DNA from: Candidatus Poribacteria bacterium
Lineage (GTDB): Bacteria; Poribacteria; WGA-4E; PCPOR2b
NCBI GenBank assembly: GCA_965208325.1
Contig: OZ242326.1
Location: forward strand, 2,016,001-2,080,000
Length of the DNA stretch: 64,000 nucleotides
Reading direction: 5' to 3'
Both the position numbers and the translations under genes were made by a program. The notes under the pieces were generated by a model that saw only the letters and a list, made by a program, of their open reading frames with translations, was not told where the DNA came from and ran no database searches. How positions within the stretch are numbered: position 1 is the stretch's first letter; the number at the start of each line of letters is the position of its first letter. Positions 19,871 through 29,982 of this stretch are shown piece by piece.

Positions 19871-20354
19871 ACTATAAAAAACTCGGTTTCAAATAAAAGT
19901 CGCGATTCGGAGATCGCTCTTGCGGTGCGCGGGTGGAATTGGAAGGATGGAAGATTGGAAGGGATTCCGATTTTCGATGACGGGTTCGTATTGTTTAAAA
20001 ATTGGGTTAGGTTCAGCTTGGGATTAGGGACGGTGTTCGTGATTCGCAATCAATTCGGATGGGAGAGGTTTTAAAAGCGTTGGGTTTCGCTCCATTCATC
20101 GGATCTTGTACGCGGTTAGGTTGACGGGGAATTTGGTTTTCATGGACGGTTTTTGGATGTATCCGCTCTACCCAACCTACAGGAGTTGTGTTTAAGAAAC
20201 CGAGTTTGCAAGAAAAAAACTCGGTTTCAATTAACATTTTGCTCGGCTTCAGAGTTTCGGCAGGTGCAGTTGGGAGACTAAACCTACCGCAGTGCAAATA
20301 AATTACGAGCTTTGCAATGATTTGGCGGAAGTCCTTGTTCGGAAGGAACTATTC

Positions 20355-22187
20355 ATGGAATACATAGTGTGTTTTATTGGAATTTGTGTGGTTGGCGGTC
20401 TCGGTTTGGCTGCCGTATGCGCAGCCGAACAGGGCTACCGGGAGACGCAGCTTCACGAGAAAGTCGTAGAACGCATTTACCAAGACGGCCGCCGGGTTTT
20501 GATGGTGAACGGGGATGAAATCGAAGATAGAACACCGAAACCCGACCCGGCTCCACAGGACATCACGCCCGAGGAACACGAACGCGGATACATCGTCTAT
20601 CGACGATCTGATTCTGACGGCGTCTTTCGTTTCAGCAGCCCCCAAACCGGTGAGCGAACTGCCGTTCTCTCGACGGCTGCGAGTCAGGACGAGAAACGGC
20701 ACGCGCAGTTTGCTATACGCGCGCTCCGAGATTTGGGGAGGGTAGATGTGGAACTTGGGGCATTGTCGAACGGGGATGGCGTCACGCTGCCGGTTTCCGC
20801 TGTTTCAGTTCGACCGGTGCGTATCGGCATTTGGAGAAACTATTGGGACCCGTTCTTTGTCGAGGCGCCGAAACTCTTAGATCATTATGACGCTGTGACC
20901 CGCGTGCACCGCGGGCAGAGCCAGCAGTTTTGGATTAGTTTTCACGTACCGCCGGGGACACCTGCCGGCAGATTTTCGGGGGACATTCATGTGCGTACCG
21001 AGCATGGCGGTGAAGCGGCGCTAAGGCTTGAATTGGAGGTTTATCCTTTTTCCCTGGCGCCCGGGCGATGGTGGGGCATCTACTACTACGGTCTGACAGG
21101 CGAGAAAACTGCACGGGACTTCGCTGACATGAAGGCACACGGCGTCAATTCGTTGCTCATCTGTCCTCCGGGGCACGTAGCGCCCGTGCTTGAGCGCGTC
21201 GGGGACCGCGTTACCGCTAGTTTTCCGCACACTGACAAGCTGATGGCTGAACTTAAACGTCAGGGGTTTAACAGGCAGGTGCCGTATTATCCCCGCATGT
21301 TAAGCTGCCGCGTGCTCGATCTCTTCGACCGTGTGGACGGTGTGAAATTCAAGCCCGGCGACTATTACGGCCAACGCTGCGTCGACTATAAAGCTGAAGA
21401 CTATCCCGAAGACCTGAAGGAGGTACTCAAAGATATTTTTCGCCAAATGGTTCAACACGCAAAGGAAGCAGATTGGCCGGAAATCCTCTGGTTCCTCGTG
21501 GATGAACCCGGTGCCGCAGCTTTGCACGAGCGTGAACTTGAATGGGCGAAGGTAGAATTCCCCCTGTTTGCGGAGGCATGCCCCGGCGAGAAATTGCTCT
21601 GTACGGCGTACTCACGCGACGTGATTGACGCTATCGGTGTCCGGCTTGATGTGCGTGTCGGGGAGTTGTGGCGCTTTACCGACGACGACCTGCAGCGTAC
21701 CGACGCGGACGATTCACAGCTCTGGGGTATTCGTTGGCTGTGTCAGCACAATGCCTACCGTTTTCCGCGGCACTTCGCCGGGTTTGGGCTCGACCGTATG
21801 GGGCTTGACGGTTTTACCGAATGGACGTACTACGGCGCACCCGTCTACCGACCCTACGACCAGATTATTGACTGGCAGGGTTGCAGTTACGCCTTTGAAG
21901 ATGAACATGGGAATCTCCTCAGCACGATTACCTGGGAAGCGGCGCAGGAAGGCATTGACGATGCCCGCTACGCGGCTACGCTGCGCGCACTAATTTCCAA
22001 TGGTGAGTCCTTGATGAACCGAGAGCATCAGCGGCTTGGCGGCGATGCGTCGGATTGGATTGAAACGCGCATCGCGGCAATTCCAAATCGCCCGGTTACC
22101 TTGCCCGAGGCGGAACTGGACGCATTGCGGCGGGAGATTGCGAATCAGATTATTGTGTTGATGGACGCGGGACTGTCCGCCGATTAG
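20355..22187 (+). CDS. Secreted putative glycoside hydrolase (GH123/DUF4091-like)
   Basis: Signal peptide; FWISFHVPPGTPAG.F.G, DEP and WEA..EGIDD.RY motifs; AAGGA RBS. Confidence 0.6.
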   Translation: MEYIVCFIGICVVGGLGLAAVCAAEQGYRETQLHEKVVERIYQDGRRVLMVNGDEIEDRTPKPDPAPQDITPEEHERGYIVYRRSDSDGVFRFSSPQTGERTAVLSTAASQDEKRHAQFAIRALRDLGRVDVELGALSNGDGVTLPVSAVSVRPVRIGIWRNYWDPFFVEAPKLLDHYDAVTRVHRGQSQQFWISFHVPPGTPAGRFSGDIHVRTEHGGEAALRLELEVYPFSLAPGRWWGIYYYGLTGEKTARDFADMKAHGVNSLLICPPGHVAPVLERVGDRVTASFPHTDKLMAELKRQGFNRQVPYYPRMLSCRVLDLFDRVDGVKFKPGDYYGQRCVDYKAEDYPEDLKEVLKDIFRQMVQHAKEADWPEILWFLVDEPGAAALHERELEWAKVEFPLFAEACPGEKLLCTAYSRDVIDAIGVRLDVRVGELWRFTDDDLQRTDADDSQLWGIRWLCQHNAYRFPRHFAGFGLDRMGLDGFTEWTYYGAPVYRPYDQIIDWQGCSYAFEDEHGNLLSTITWEAAQEGIDDARYAATLRALISNGESLMNREHQRLGGDASDWIETRIAAIPNRPVTLPEAELDALRREIANQIIVLMDAGLSAD

Positions 22188-22361
22188 CGCCGAGATGTGA
22201 TTACAATGGTTGTGCCCGTCCATTCGAAAGCCGTTGAAAGACGTGGTGCAACCAGCGGTTAGTCGCCCATGAATTCCGACGTTAAAGCCGATTCCATGGA
22301 AATTTAATAGTGTTTCAGAGCGTGCGGCTTGAAACCGCACCTACGGGGTGGAGAATAACTG

Positions 22362-23663
22362 ATGTCTTTAGCAAGAAAAATCATACTCGCCGTGTGCTTT
22401 ACTTTTGCGATAACGTGCAGTGCCTTCGCCCAATGGCTGCTTGTACCGATGGATAAAGCGCAGACCAACCACCTAAAGGCCTACGGATTGACCTACTGGA
22501 CGCTGCAAACGCCGCGGGAATACCGGGCGATGTGGCTATTGAATTACCGCGGCGGCGCCTTCCTGTTGAACGATTCGCCCGACGTGCATGTCAAGTCGAA
22601 GGCGATGGGAGTTCATGTTGAACCAATGTCTGATGTCGATTACGGCGAAATTCTCATTGAGATGGAAAATTCCAACATGGATGAAATCTTGTTGGAAAAA
22701 GCGCCAAAAATTGCGGTTTACGCCCCGCCGGACAACACCCCCTACCGCGATCCGTGGGGCGATGCGGTGAAGATTGCTTTGGATTACGCCCAAATTCCCT
22801 ATCATGTCATCTGGGACAAGGAGGTCGAAAACCAGTTCCTGCTCACGGAAGGGTTCGACTGGTTACATTTGCACCATGAGGATTTCACCGGACAGCACGG
22901 CAAATTCTACGGTTCTTTCAGGGGGCAGGTGTGGTACCAGCAGCGAGTCCGACTGTTTAAGCAAGCGGCTACCGAGGCGGGCTTTTCCCGCGTGCCGAGA
23001 CACAAAGGACATATTGCGCAACTGATTCAGGATTACGTCCTCAACGGAGGATTCCTGTTTGCGATGTGTTCGGCGCCAGAAACGTTGGATATTGCAATCG
23101 CGGCGGGCGCAGGGCACGTCGATATCGTCGCACCAGAACTTGATGGAACGCCCACCCAGCCGGACTATCAATCCAAATTGAATTTTAAAAAGACGTTCGG
23201 CTTCGAAAACTTCACGCTGCATACAAGCCCCTATCAATATGAATTTTCTGATATTGACGACCCGAAACCAGAGCCCGACCCGCTGTCCGGCTTAGAAGAT
23301 TTCACCTTGTTCGAGTTTTCGGCAAAGCACGACCCAATCCCAACGATGCTTACGCAGAATCATGTAGGTAAGGTACGGGGATTTCTTGGCCAGACGACTT
23401 CTTTCAATAGAGACACCATCCGCGATTCGGTGACCATATTGGGCGACATCGAAGGCACGCCTTATGCAAAATACATCCATGGGAAATTAGGCAAGGGGAC
23501 GTTCACGTTCCTCGGTGGACACGATCCGGAGGATTACCGGCATCTCGTCGGGGAGGGAAGGATTCCGACCAATCTGGATCTGCACAAGCACTCTCCGGGC
23601 TATCGCCTAATACTAAACAATATCCTGTTTCCCGCTGCAAAGAAGAAGCCCCAGAAGACGTAG
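22362..23663 (+). CDS. Conserved secreted protein with class I glutamine amidotransferase-like region
   Basis: Signal peptide; Q.NHLKAYG, WLLNYRGG, DWLHLHHEDFTGQ, FAMCSA, GHDPEDY.H and SPGYRLILNNILFP motifs. Confidence 0.65.
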   Translation: MSLARKIILAVCFTFAITCSAFAQWLLVPMDKAQTNHLKAYGLTYWTLQTPREYRAMWLLNYRGGAFLLNDSPDVHVKSKAMGVHVEPMSDVDYGEILIEMENSNMDEILLEKAPKIAVYAPPDNTPYRDPWGDAVKIALDYAQIPYHVIWDKEVENQFLLTEGFDWLHLHHEDFTGQHGKFYGSFRGQVWYQQRVRLFKQAATEAGFSRVPRHKGHIAQLIQDYVLNGGFLFAMCSAPETLDIAIAAGAGHVDIVAPELDGTPTQPDYQSKLNFKKTFGFENFTLHTSPYQYEFSDIDDPKPEPDPLSGLEDFTLFEFSAKHDPIPTMLTQNHVGKVRGFLGQTTSFNRDTIRDSVTILGDIEGTPYAKYIHGKLGKGTFTFLGGHDPEDYRHLVGEGRIPTNLDLHKHSPGYRLILNNILFPAAKKKPQKT

Positions 23664-23808
23664 TCTGAATCAGGATACTCAGGATTGAAGGATTTGCAGG
23701 ATATGATGCGTGTAAATATGAAATGACTATTGGGCCGCATTTCCTTAAAGATTAGGCGAGGCTGCATGCTTTAAAAATTCACATTTAACACTTGGAAAGA
23801 GAAGTGAA

Positions 23809-25185
23809 ATGTCGAACATTCAGAGTGAATTTTCCACCGAAGATTACCGAGAAATTGATCGAGCGCACGTTTGGCACCCGCTCTTTCAACATGAACTTTT
23901 GAATCAGACAAATCTGATTGTGTTCAAGGAGGCGCATGGGACAACCATAGTTGACTCGGACGGACACGAATATTTGGATGCGTATTCAGGTTTGTGGAAT
24001 GTCATCGTCGGATATGGACGGCAGGAGATTGCCCAAGCGGTGTATGAGCAGACTCAACAGTTGCACTACTATCCACATACGCAGATAAACATTCCGGCAA
24101 CGTTACTGTCGGAACGGCTGGCGGAGCTACTTCCGGGGAACCTCAACCACGTCTATTTCAGCAACAGCGGTTCTGAAGCCAATGAAACAGCAATAAAAAT
24201 AGCGCGGCAGTACGGCAGGCAAAGGTATCCGGGGCAGAACCGGTACAAGATTATTGCACGGTACCGCGGCTATCACGGATTCACTTACGGGGCAATGTCT
24301 GCAACCGGACAGGTGCTGCGGAAAAAACCTTTTGAACCGCTCGCGCCCGGTTTCCTGCACGTCCAGCCACCGTATTGCTATCGGTGTCCGTTTGACTTGA
24401 ATGATTCGGACTGCGCCATGTTCTGTGCGGATGAAATCGAACGAGTCATTCAGTGGGAGGGCGCGGAAACCGTCATTGCAGTAATTGCCGAACCCATCAT
24501 CGGCGGCGGCGGAGTGATTGTTCCGCCGGACGACTATCTTCCAAGACTGAGAGAAATCTGCGACCGCTATGGAATATTGCTCATCCTTGATGAAGTGATT
24601 ACGGGGTTTGGAAGAACAGGCACGCTGTTCGCGTGTGAACGGTGGGGAGTGCTACCGGATATCATTACATTGGCGAAAGGGTTGACGAGCGGCTACGTTC
24701 CGCTGGGCGCATGCGTCGTCAGCGATGAGGTTTTTGAAGGATTTCTCGGTGCGCCGGAGGAGGAACGGGAATTCGCGCAAGTCTGCACGTATGCTGGGCA
24801 CCCTGTGGCTTGCGCTGCGGGTTTGGCGAACCTGAAAATTATCTCAGACGAACGGTTATGGGAAAACTCCGAGCGTGTAGGAACCTACCTTCTTGATAAA
24901 CTTGATACGCTGCGATCGTTGCCAATTGTGGGAGATGTCCGCGGAAAAGGACTTATGCTGGCGATTGAGTTAGTGAAAAACGGCAAATCACATTTAGACA
25001 CCGCGAAAACAAATCAGATTGTTGCGGCAGTCCGAGAAAAAGGCATCCTAATCGGAAAAATCAGCCGCGCTGTAGATGAGCCGGAAAACATCATTTTCGT
25101 TGCCCCGCCGCTAATTCTGACGGATGATGAGGCGAATCGAATCTTCGAATCACTCCGCGAGGTACTTGCTGATTTTAGCACCTGA
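23809..25185 (+). CDS. Class III PLP-dependent aminotransferase
   Basis: YLD..SGLW, SGSEANE, YHG.T, DEVITGFGRTG, AKGLTSGY.PLG and RGKGL motifs. Confidence 0.92.
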   Translation: MSNIQSEFSTEDYREIDRAHVWHPLFQHELLNQTNLIVFKEAHGTTIVDSDGHEYLDAYSGLWNVIVGYGRQEIAQAVYEQTQQLHYYPHTQINIPATLLSERLAELLPGNLNHVYFSNSGSEANETAIKIARQYGRQRYPGQNRYKIIARYRGYHGFTYGAMSATGQVLRKKPFEPLAPGFLHVQPPYCYRCPFDLNDSDCAMFCADEIERVIQWEGAETVIAVIAEPIIGGGGVIVPPDDYLPRLREICDRYGILLILDEVITGFGRTGTLFACERWGVLPDIITLAKGLTSGYVPLGACVVSDEVFEGFLGAPEEEREFAQVCTYAGHPVACAAGLANLKIISDERLWENSERVGTYLLDKLDTLRSLPIVGDVRGKGLMLAIELVKNGKSHLDTAKTNQIVAAVREKGILIGKISRAVDEPENIIFVAPPLILTDDEANRIFESLREVLADFST

Positions 25186-25243
25186 TTGGATAATAGGTGA
25201 CAAAGCCATACTTGTGCGTTTGAGTTGCTATAAGCGGTGGAAC

Positions 25244-25408
25244 CTCTATCGCGCGGCATTTACTATCGCCCTCGTTAGTCGCTCTGTTGATGCTATTTGG
25301 CCGCTTGATTCCATCAAATACCATACTCCAGCATTGAGCGGGGCAAGATGCCCCGCCTACGGAGGGTAGTGGGTTACTATACACCTGCCGCCCTCTCGGG
25401 CTGCATAA
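25244..25408. repeat. Second copy of the composite repeat at 3492-3695
   Basis: Same module order including gcggggcaagatgccccgcctac (25338-25360). Confidence 0.8.
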
Positions 25409-25504
25409 AGTGAATTTTCAAACGAGTTCTTAAGGGTTGATAGAGATTCACAATCCTACGGCATTTTTTCACGATAAACAGCTGTCCCTGACGGATTTTC
25501 ACGA

Positions 25505-25598
25505 TGGCGGGAGAGGGTGGGAGTCGAACCCACCTACCCACTTGCATGGGCAAGCTGGTTTTGAAGACCAGTAGAGCCACCGGACCCTATCCTCTCCC
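25505..25598 (-). tRNA. selC: tRNA-Sec (anticodon UCA)
   Basis: 8-bp acceptor stem GGGAGAGG/CCTCTCCC, anticodon arm CTGGT-CTTCAAA-ACCAG, long variable arm, GGTTCGACTCC, GCCA end; follows selB. Confidence 0.97.
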
Positions 25599-25652
25599 AA
25601 AATGAACGGTTAACATTGGACGCATGAGCACCGTGTAAATGTGCGCAACGGA

Positions 25653-27578
25653 TTATGAACTCTTTTGCGGAGATTTCCGCAGACGGCGGTGGTTTCCTTC
25701 GCGAATCGTGAACCCTTTGCCGTCGCAGTATTCCAAGAACGGCACAGCATATTTGCGGCTAGTCTGCGCAACCTCCCGGAATTCAGCGACTGTAATCACG
25801 GTTTTTTCTTGGAGGAAACCGGTAAGCAGATTCATGGTGTTTTCAAATGTCCGGATATGGACAAAGAAGTCATCTGCAATTTTGACAAGCTGTCCAAGAT
25901 TTACGAGCGCGTAGAATGTCTCTCGAACCGATTGCGCGGAATATTCCGGAAGTTGCTCGGTTAGCGCTTTTATATTGGGGACGTTTATACCTGCATCCAA
26001 AAAGACGGCTTCAACTTTCTCTTTGATTGCCTCCTCTTGTACCGAAAATTGGATTTGATGTGACGCCAAACGCAGGAGATTTCCGTCTATAACGACCCGC
26101 TTCTGCCGGATTAAATCGCCCACAATCTTCTCGAAAGCAGTTTCATCAAGGTCAAGTTGTAGACGGAGTTTCGCCGTGTTCTGACCGGGTGCGAGCGGCG
26201 TCTCTGCGTGGAAACCCTCCAAGGCGTCGATGAGATTAGTTTGCGCCCTTTGCAATCGATCCCTAGCGGCAATAAGCCGGCTGCCACCGTTCCAACGCGT
26301 TATTTTATGCTCGCGTTCCAGTGCTTTCAGGATTTTTTCCATCGTTGAATTCGGGTGGCTGAGATAATACCGCAGAGAGTCTTCCGACAAGCAGAGTTCA
26401 CTCCTTTGCGCTAGCAGCAGATTTATCACGCCGACATCGTCAGCCATTTTCCATTGATTGAGCGTATGCGCAGTCGCTTTCGCAAACCGCTTGTGGCGAG
26501 GCGCAAACGGATTCATCACCGTACCACCTCCGACGGTATACTGCGATGCGAAATCGCGGACGATAAGCCGATCTCCCCTGAATGTGAGAATTGGCGTCTC
26601 TAAGCGCAATTGGATTTGCGCCGTTTCGCCCGGCAAAACGGCTTCATCCACAAGCAGTATCGCCCGACAAAACGCTTCGCTAGTACCGAGATAAAACCGC
26701 AGCCGCGTCCAGTGTTCTAACATTCGCGGAAAGGACGACAGCACATGGAGTGAAACATCAATGTTGTCCGTCACTCTTGACAAGCCGATTGTGCAAAGTA
26801 CATCTCCGCGGCGAATTTCTTCTGTCGTAATGCCCGAAAGGTTCAATGCGGTCCGCTGTCCGGCGTGCGCTTCCTCGGCTGGACGATTGTGAACTTGTAT
26901 CCCGCGCACACGAATGTCGCGTCCCTGCGGCAATATCATAAGCCGTTGTTCGCGGTGTATGGAACCGTCAATCAGCGTTCCGGTAACGACGGCGCCAAAC
27001 CCCGGCATGGTAAAAATCCGATCCACATAGAGGCGTGGAATACCGTTGCGGCTCTCTTTTCCTGCAACAGCCGTGACTCTATCGACAATTGCCTGCTTTA
27101 GGCGGTCCACGCCTTCTTCAGTCTCAGCCGACACTTGCACAGTTGGTGCGCCTTCAAGCGCGGTACCCGCCAACATCTCTTGTGCCATCTCGGTAGATTC
27201 AGCTAATTCTTCCGCCGTCACCAAATCAATTTTGGTCATCACCAATATGCCGGTCGAGATGCCGAGGAGATCGAGGATTTCCAAGTGTTCCAAGGTCTGC
27301 TCCTGTACACCCTCCTTCGCATCCACGACTAGCAGCACAACGTCCATTCCGTAAGCGCCCGAAAGCATATTCCGGATGAACCTTTCATGCCCTGGCACGT
27401 CCACGATTCCGGCGCGTGAACCGTCGGGGAGGTCGAAATAGGCGAACCCCAACTCGATTGACAGTCCACGTTCTTGTTCCTCCTTGAGCCGGTCGGTTTC
27501 GATTCCTGTGAGGGCGCGAATAAGCGCTGTTTTGCCGTGGTCGACATGTCCGGCGGTGCCGATGATGACGTGCCGCAT
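25653..27578 (-). CDS. selB: Selenocysteine-specific elongation factor
   Basis: [23 protein letters not shown] and C-terminal [11 protein letters not shown] winged helix. Confidence 0.97.
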   Translation of the reverse strand: MRHVIIGTAGHVDHGKTALIRALTGIETDRLKEEQERGLSIELGFAYFDLPDGSRAGIVDVPGHERFIRNMLSGAYGMDVVLLVVDAKEGVQEQTLEHLEILDLLGISTGILVMTKIDLVTAEELAESTEMAQEMLAGTALEGAPTVQVSAETEEGVDRLKQAIVDRVTAVAGKESRNGIPRLYVDRIFTMPGFGAVVTGTLIDGSIHREQRLMILPQGRDIRVRGIQVHNRPAEEAHAGQRTALNLSGITTEEIRRGDVLCTIGLSRVTDNIDVSLHVLSSFPRMLEHWTRLRFYLGTSEAFCRAILLVDEAVLPGETAQIQLRLETPILTFRGDRLIVRDFASQYTVGGGTVMNPFAPRHKRFAKATAHTLNQWKMADDVGVINLLLAQRSELCLSEDSLRYYLSHPNSTMEKILKALEREHKITRWNGGSRLIAARDRLQRAQTNLIDALEGFHAETPLAPGQNTAKLRLQLDLDETAFEKIVGDLIRQKRVVIDGNLLRLASHQIQFSVQEEAIKEKVEAVFLDAGINVPNIKALTEQLPEYSAQSVRETFYALVNLGQLVKIADDFFVHIRTFENTMNLLTGFLQEKTVITVAEFREVAQTSRKYAVPFLEYCDGKGFTIREGNHRRLRKSPQKSS

Positions 27579-27582
27579 AGCG

Positions 27583-29022
27583 TTATCCTGAATTACAGCT
27601 CAGGCCTCCCATGACATTTTTGGCCGCATCGGCGATCCAATCCAGTTCCTGCTCGCCTATCGTTCGAACGTCCATCCAAAACCGATTATCCTGCGAGCGA
27701 CCGATTACCGGCCTTGACTGAGTGCGGAAACTGGCAGCCAGCGCTTCCGCGGAGGTGTGTTTCGACTCCAAGACTACTGCGAGGCTGGGCAAAGTTTCAA
27801 TCGGGAGGGAACCGCTGCCAATCTGTGCGTGACTCTCTTCGATTGCGACAGCCATCTCTTCACCAAAGACTTGCTGTAGGCACGTTTCTAATTGTTCGGC
27901 AACCGTTCGTAGCTCATGCATTGAGCGGGTACAGCGGTAAAGCATAGGGAGGTTATCGATTAGGCTGTCTTCATTGAGATAGAGACGTAAAGTCGCTTCG
28001 AGCGCAGCGATTGTCAGTTTTCCGACGCGGAACGCACGCATCAGCGGATTTTTACGAATTTGCCGAATTAAATTCGACTTACCGGCGATAATCCCCGCCT
28101 GCGGACCGCCGAGCAGCTTATCACCGCTAAATGTTAGGATATCGACGCCCGCCTCAATTCGCTCACGAACGACTGGCTCATAAGGTAAATTGTACTTGGT
28201 CAAATCGATTAGCGATCCGCTGCCGAGATCTTCCATAGTTGGGATGCCACTCCGATGCCCAAGTTCGGCGACCTCTTCTATGCTTGGCGCCGCGGTAAAG
28301 CCGACGATTTTGTAGTTGCTGGGATTCACTTTCAGGAGGAGCGCTGTGTTCTCGTTGATTGCATTTTCGTAATCCTTGAGATGGGTCCGGTTCGTCGTGC
28401 CCACTTCCCTCAGGATTGCCCCACTGGCTTCCATTACATCGGGAATTCGAAATGCACCGCCTATTTCAATCAATTCTCCGCGCGAGACGATGACCTCCTT
28501 GCCTCGCCCCAATGTGTTCAACGTCAGTAAAACTGCCGCGGCGTTGTTGTTAACGACGGTTGACGCGCCGCAGCCAGTTAACCGCTGAAGAATAGGTTCA
28601 GTGATAAGATCGCGGTGTCCACGATTTCCACTCTCCAGATTGTACTCTAGGTTGACATAGTTACTGGCGGCTTGACGAATCCCTTCACACGCGGATGTGC
28701 TGAGAAGCGATCTACCAAGATTGGTGTGGATGATTGTCCCGGTCACGTTTATTACAGGCAGGATAGAGGAAGCGGTCATGGCTTCAAGTTTAGCGCGCGT
28801 AATACCGGCAAGTTGCGCATCATCGGGTACATGCGAGATTTCACGGTCGGCGAGAATTTGCGTTCGAATCTCCGCAACCACTGAACGCAATGCTTCGGTG
28901 ACGAGATCTCGGGAATACTGTTTCTGAATGTCGAGAAACAATCCACGAACCAACAACTGCTCAATGGCAGGTATGCGGCGTAAAGCGGCATGTTGTTTTT
29001 CGGTCAGGTTATGTTCGGACAT
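27583..29022 (-). CDS. selA: L-seryl-tRNA(Sec) selenium transferase
   Basis: [37 protein letters not shown] and [13 protein letters not shown]; start placed at MSEHN. Confidence 0.97.
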   Translation of the reverse strand: MSEHNLTEKQHAALRRIPAIEQLLVRGLFLDIQKQYSRDLVTEALRSVVAEIRTQILADREISHVPDDAQLAGITRAKLEAMTASSILPVINVTGTIIHTNLGRSLLSTSACEGIRQAASNYVNLEYNLESGNRGHRDLITEPILQRLTGCGASTVVNNNAAAVLLTLNTLGRGKEVIVSRGELIEIGGAFRIPDVMEASGAILREVGTTNRTHLKDYENAINENTALLLKVNPSNYKIVGFTAAPSIEEVAELGHRSGIPTMEDLGSGSLIDLTKYNLPYEPVVRERIEAGVDILTFSGDKLLGGPQAGIIAGKSNLIRQIRKNPLMRAFRVGKLTIAALEATLRLYLNEDSLIDNLPMLYRCTRSMHELRTVAEQLETCLQQVFGEEMAVAIEESHAQIGSGSLPIETLPSLAVVLESKHTSAEALAASFRTQSRPVIGRSQDNRFWMDVRTIGEQELDWIADAAKNVMGGLSCNSG

Positions 29023-29120
29023 TTGTGATTGAAGGGATATGACGAGTATAAGACTTGTTAGATTGGATTGATTAGGAAAACGGTCACTTACCACCTTTAG
29101 CGCTTTGAAACTTCGATATC

Positions 29121-29201
29121 GGACATCTTTACTAATTAACTCGGTGTGGTAGACAAATCCAAAGCGGCATCGGGTTACAGAAATATTTTGGAAAGATGTT
29201 C
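29121..29201. repeat. Short inverted-repeat-bounded element (short form)
   Basis: ggacatcttt...ggaaagatgttc ends; both arms match 32583-32798. Confidence 0.55.
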
Positions 29202-29322
29202 ATTATTTGAATTATTGTATTGGCCGCGGATATGGTTTACACATTGCGCTGGTGTCAATTAGGGAATGGCGATCCAAGCCGACGGGTATGGCGGAGTAGC
29301 TTCAATATACTGCTCGGTTAAA

Positions 29323-29354
29323 GAAACTGAGTTTTCAAGAAAAAACTCAGTTTC
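29323..29354. repeat. Dispersed variant of the array hairpin
   Basis: gaaactgagttttcaagaaaaaactcagtttc, with paired C>T / G>A changes relative to the array copies. Confidence 0.8.
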
Positions 29355-29542
29355 AAATTAACCTCTGCACCGCTTTTGCGCAAGAGGAAGAATTGCGGAC
29401 ATCTTTGTTTAACACCACTATTTCATATTATATAATATTTCGGTGCATTTAACAACCAAGTAACTCCGCTGCGGCAGACCTTGTACTGACCTCATCGTAT
29501 AGGTTCGTCCGGGAATATAGGTTTACCGATAGCAGCGCTGTG

Positions 29543-29551
29543 TGCTATAAT
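29543..29551 (+). promoter_or_regulatory. Putative extended -10 promoter upstream of the heme gene cluster
   Basis: TGcTATAAT about 110 nt before 29659. Confidence 0.45.
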
Positions 29552-29658
29552 ATGGCGGTCTTAATCCAAATAGATGCGGGATTTTTGAAGACTAGCTACA
29601 AGTAAAATCACATCATTACGGGCACCTATGTTCCAGAATCTTACTGACGGTTAAACAG

Positions 29659-29967
29659 ATGGGCATACAATTTTTTGTAGTCTTTGCGCTATCAATAATT
29701 TTCCTATCCATAGGGGTGACCGGGTGCCGTGACTTCGCTTCCGTAATTTGGGATAATGGAACACCCAAGTTGAGTTTCGTTTCGAATGCCTCAGCGATTA
29801 TCCAGTGCGCACTTGGGTTTCTACTATTTTTCATCAGTCTGTACGTTATGGGATTCTTTCTGTATCTTGAGGAGCGGGAAAGCGGCCGAATTATGAAAAA
29901 CATCAAGAGTTTCGTGAAGCTCAGGGAGTTTCTTGAACGACATCAGAAAGAGGAAACTAGGGAATGA
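29659..29967 (+). CDS. Small membrane protein, two predicted TM helices
   Basis: Two hydrophobic segments and charged tail; ends 15 nt before hemE. Confidence 0.55.
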   Translation: MGIQFFVVFALSIIFLSIGVTGCRDFASVIWDNGTPKLSFVSNASAIIQCALGFLLFFISLYVMGFFLYLEERESGRIMKNIKSFVKLREFLERHQKEETRE

Positions 29968-29982
29968 GGATATGGAAAAATC

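Larger units (their letters stand above)
17878..19875 (-). mobile_element. Putative mobile element with two DUF1670-like genes and 13-bp terminal inverted repeats
   Basis: GTATCAAATGACC (17880-17892) / GGTCATTTGATAC (19856-19868), extending to 17 of 19; flanks are the two halves of the array hairpin; ends uncertain by a few nt in the A-run. Confidence 0.85.
16077..20228. repeat. Tandem array of six ~352-bp non-coding units interrupted by a 2-kb element
   Basis: Hairpin gaaaccgagttttgaagaaaaaactcggtttc recurs at 16410, 16762, 17115, 17467, 17858 (split) and 20196; periods 352, 353, 352 and 391 bp; units differ by point changes. Confidence 0.95.

Noticed and set aside
10487..20180. Integron attC sites (GTTGGGT and ACCCAAC match GTTRRRY and RYYYAAC)
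   Set aside because: Order within each element is GTTRRRY then RYYYAAC, the reverse of attC; no integron integrase or cassette array.
22362..23663. Calling this protein asparagine synthetase B
   Set aside because: It has a signal peptide and lacks the N-terminal Cys glutaminase and SGGLDS motifs of AsnB.
25409..25598. Genomic island integrated at tRNA-Sec
   Set aside because: No duplicated tRNA 3' end and no integrase seen in the window.
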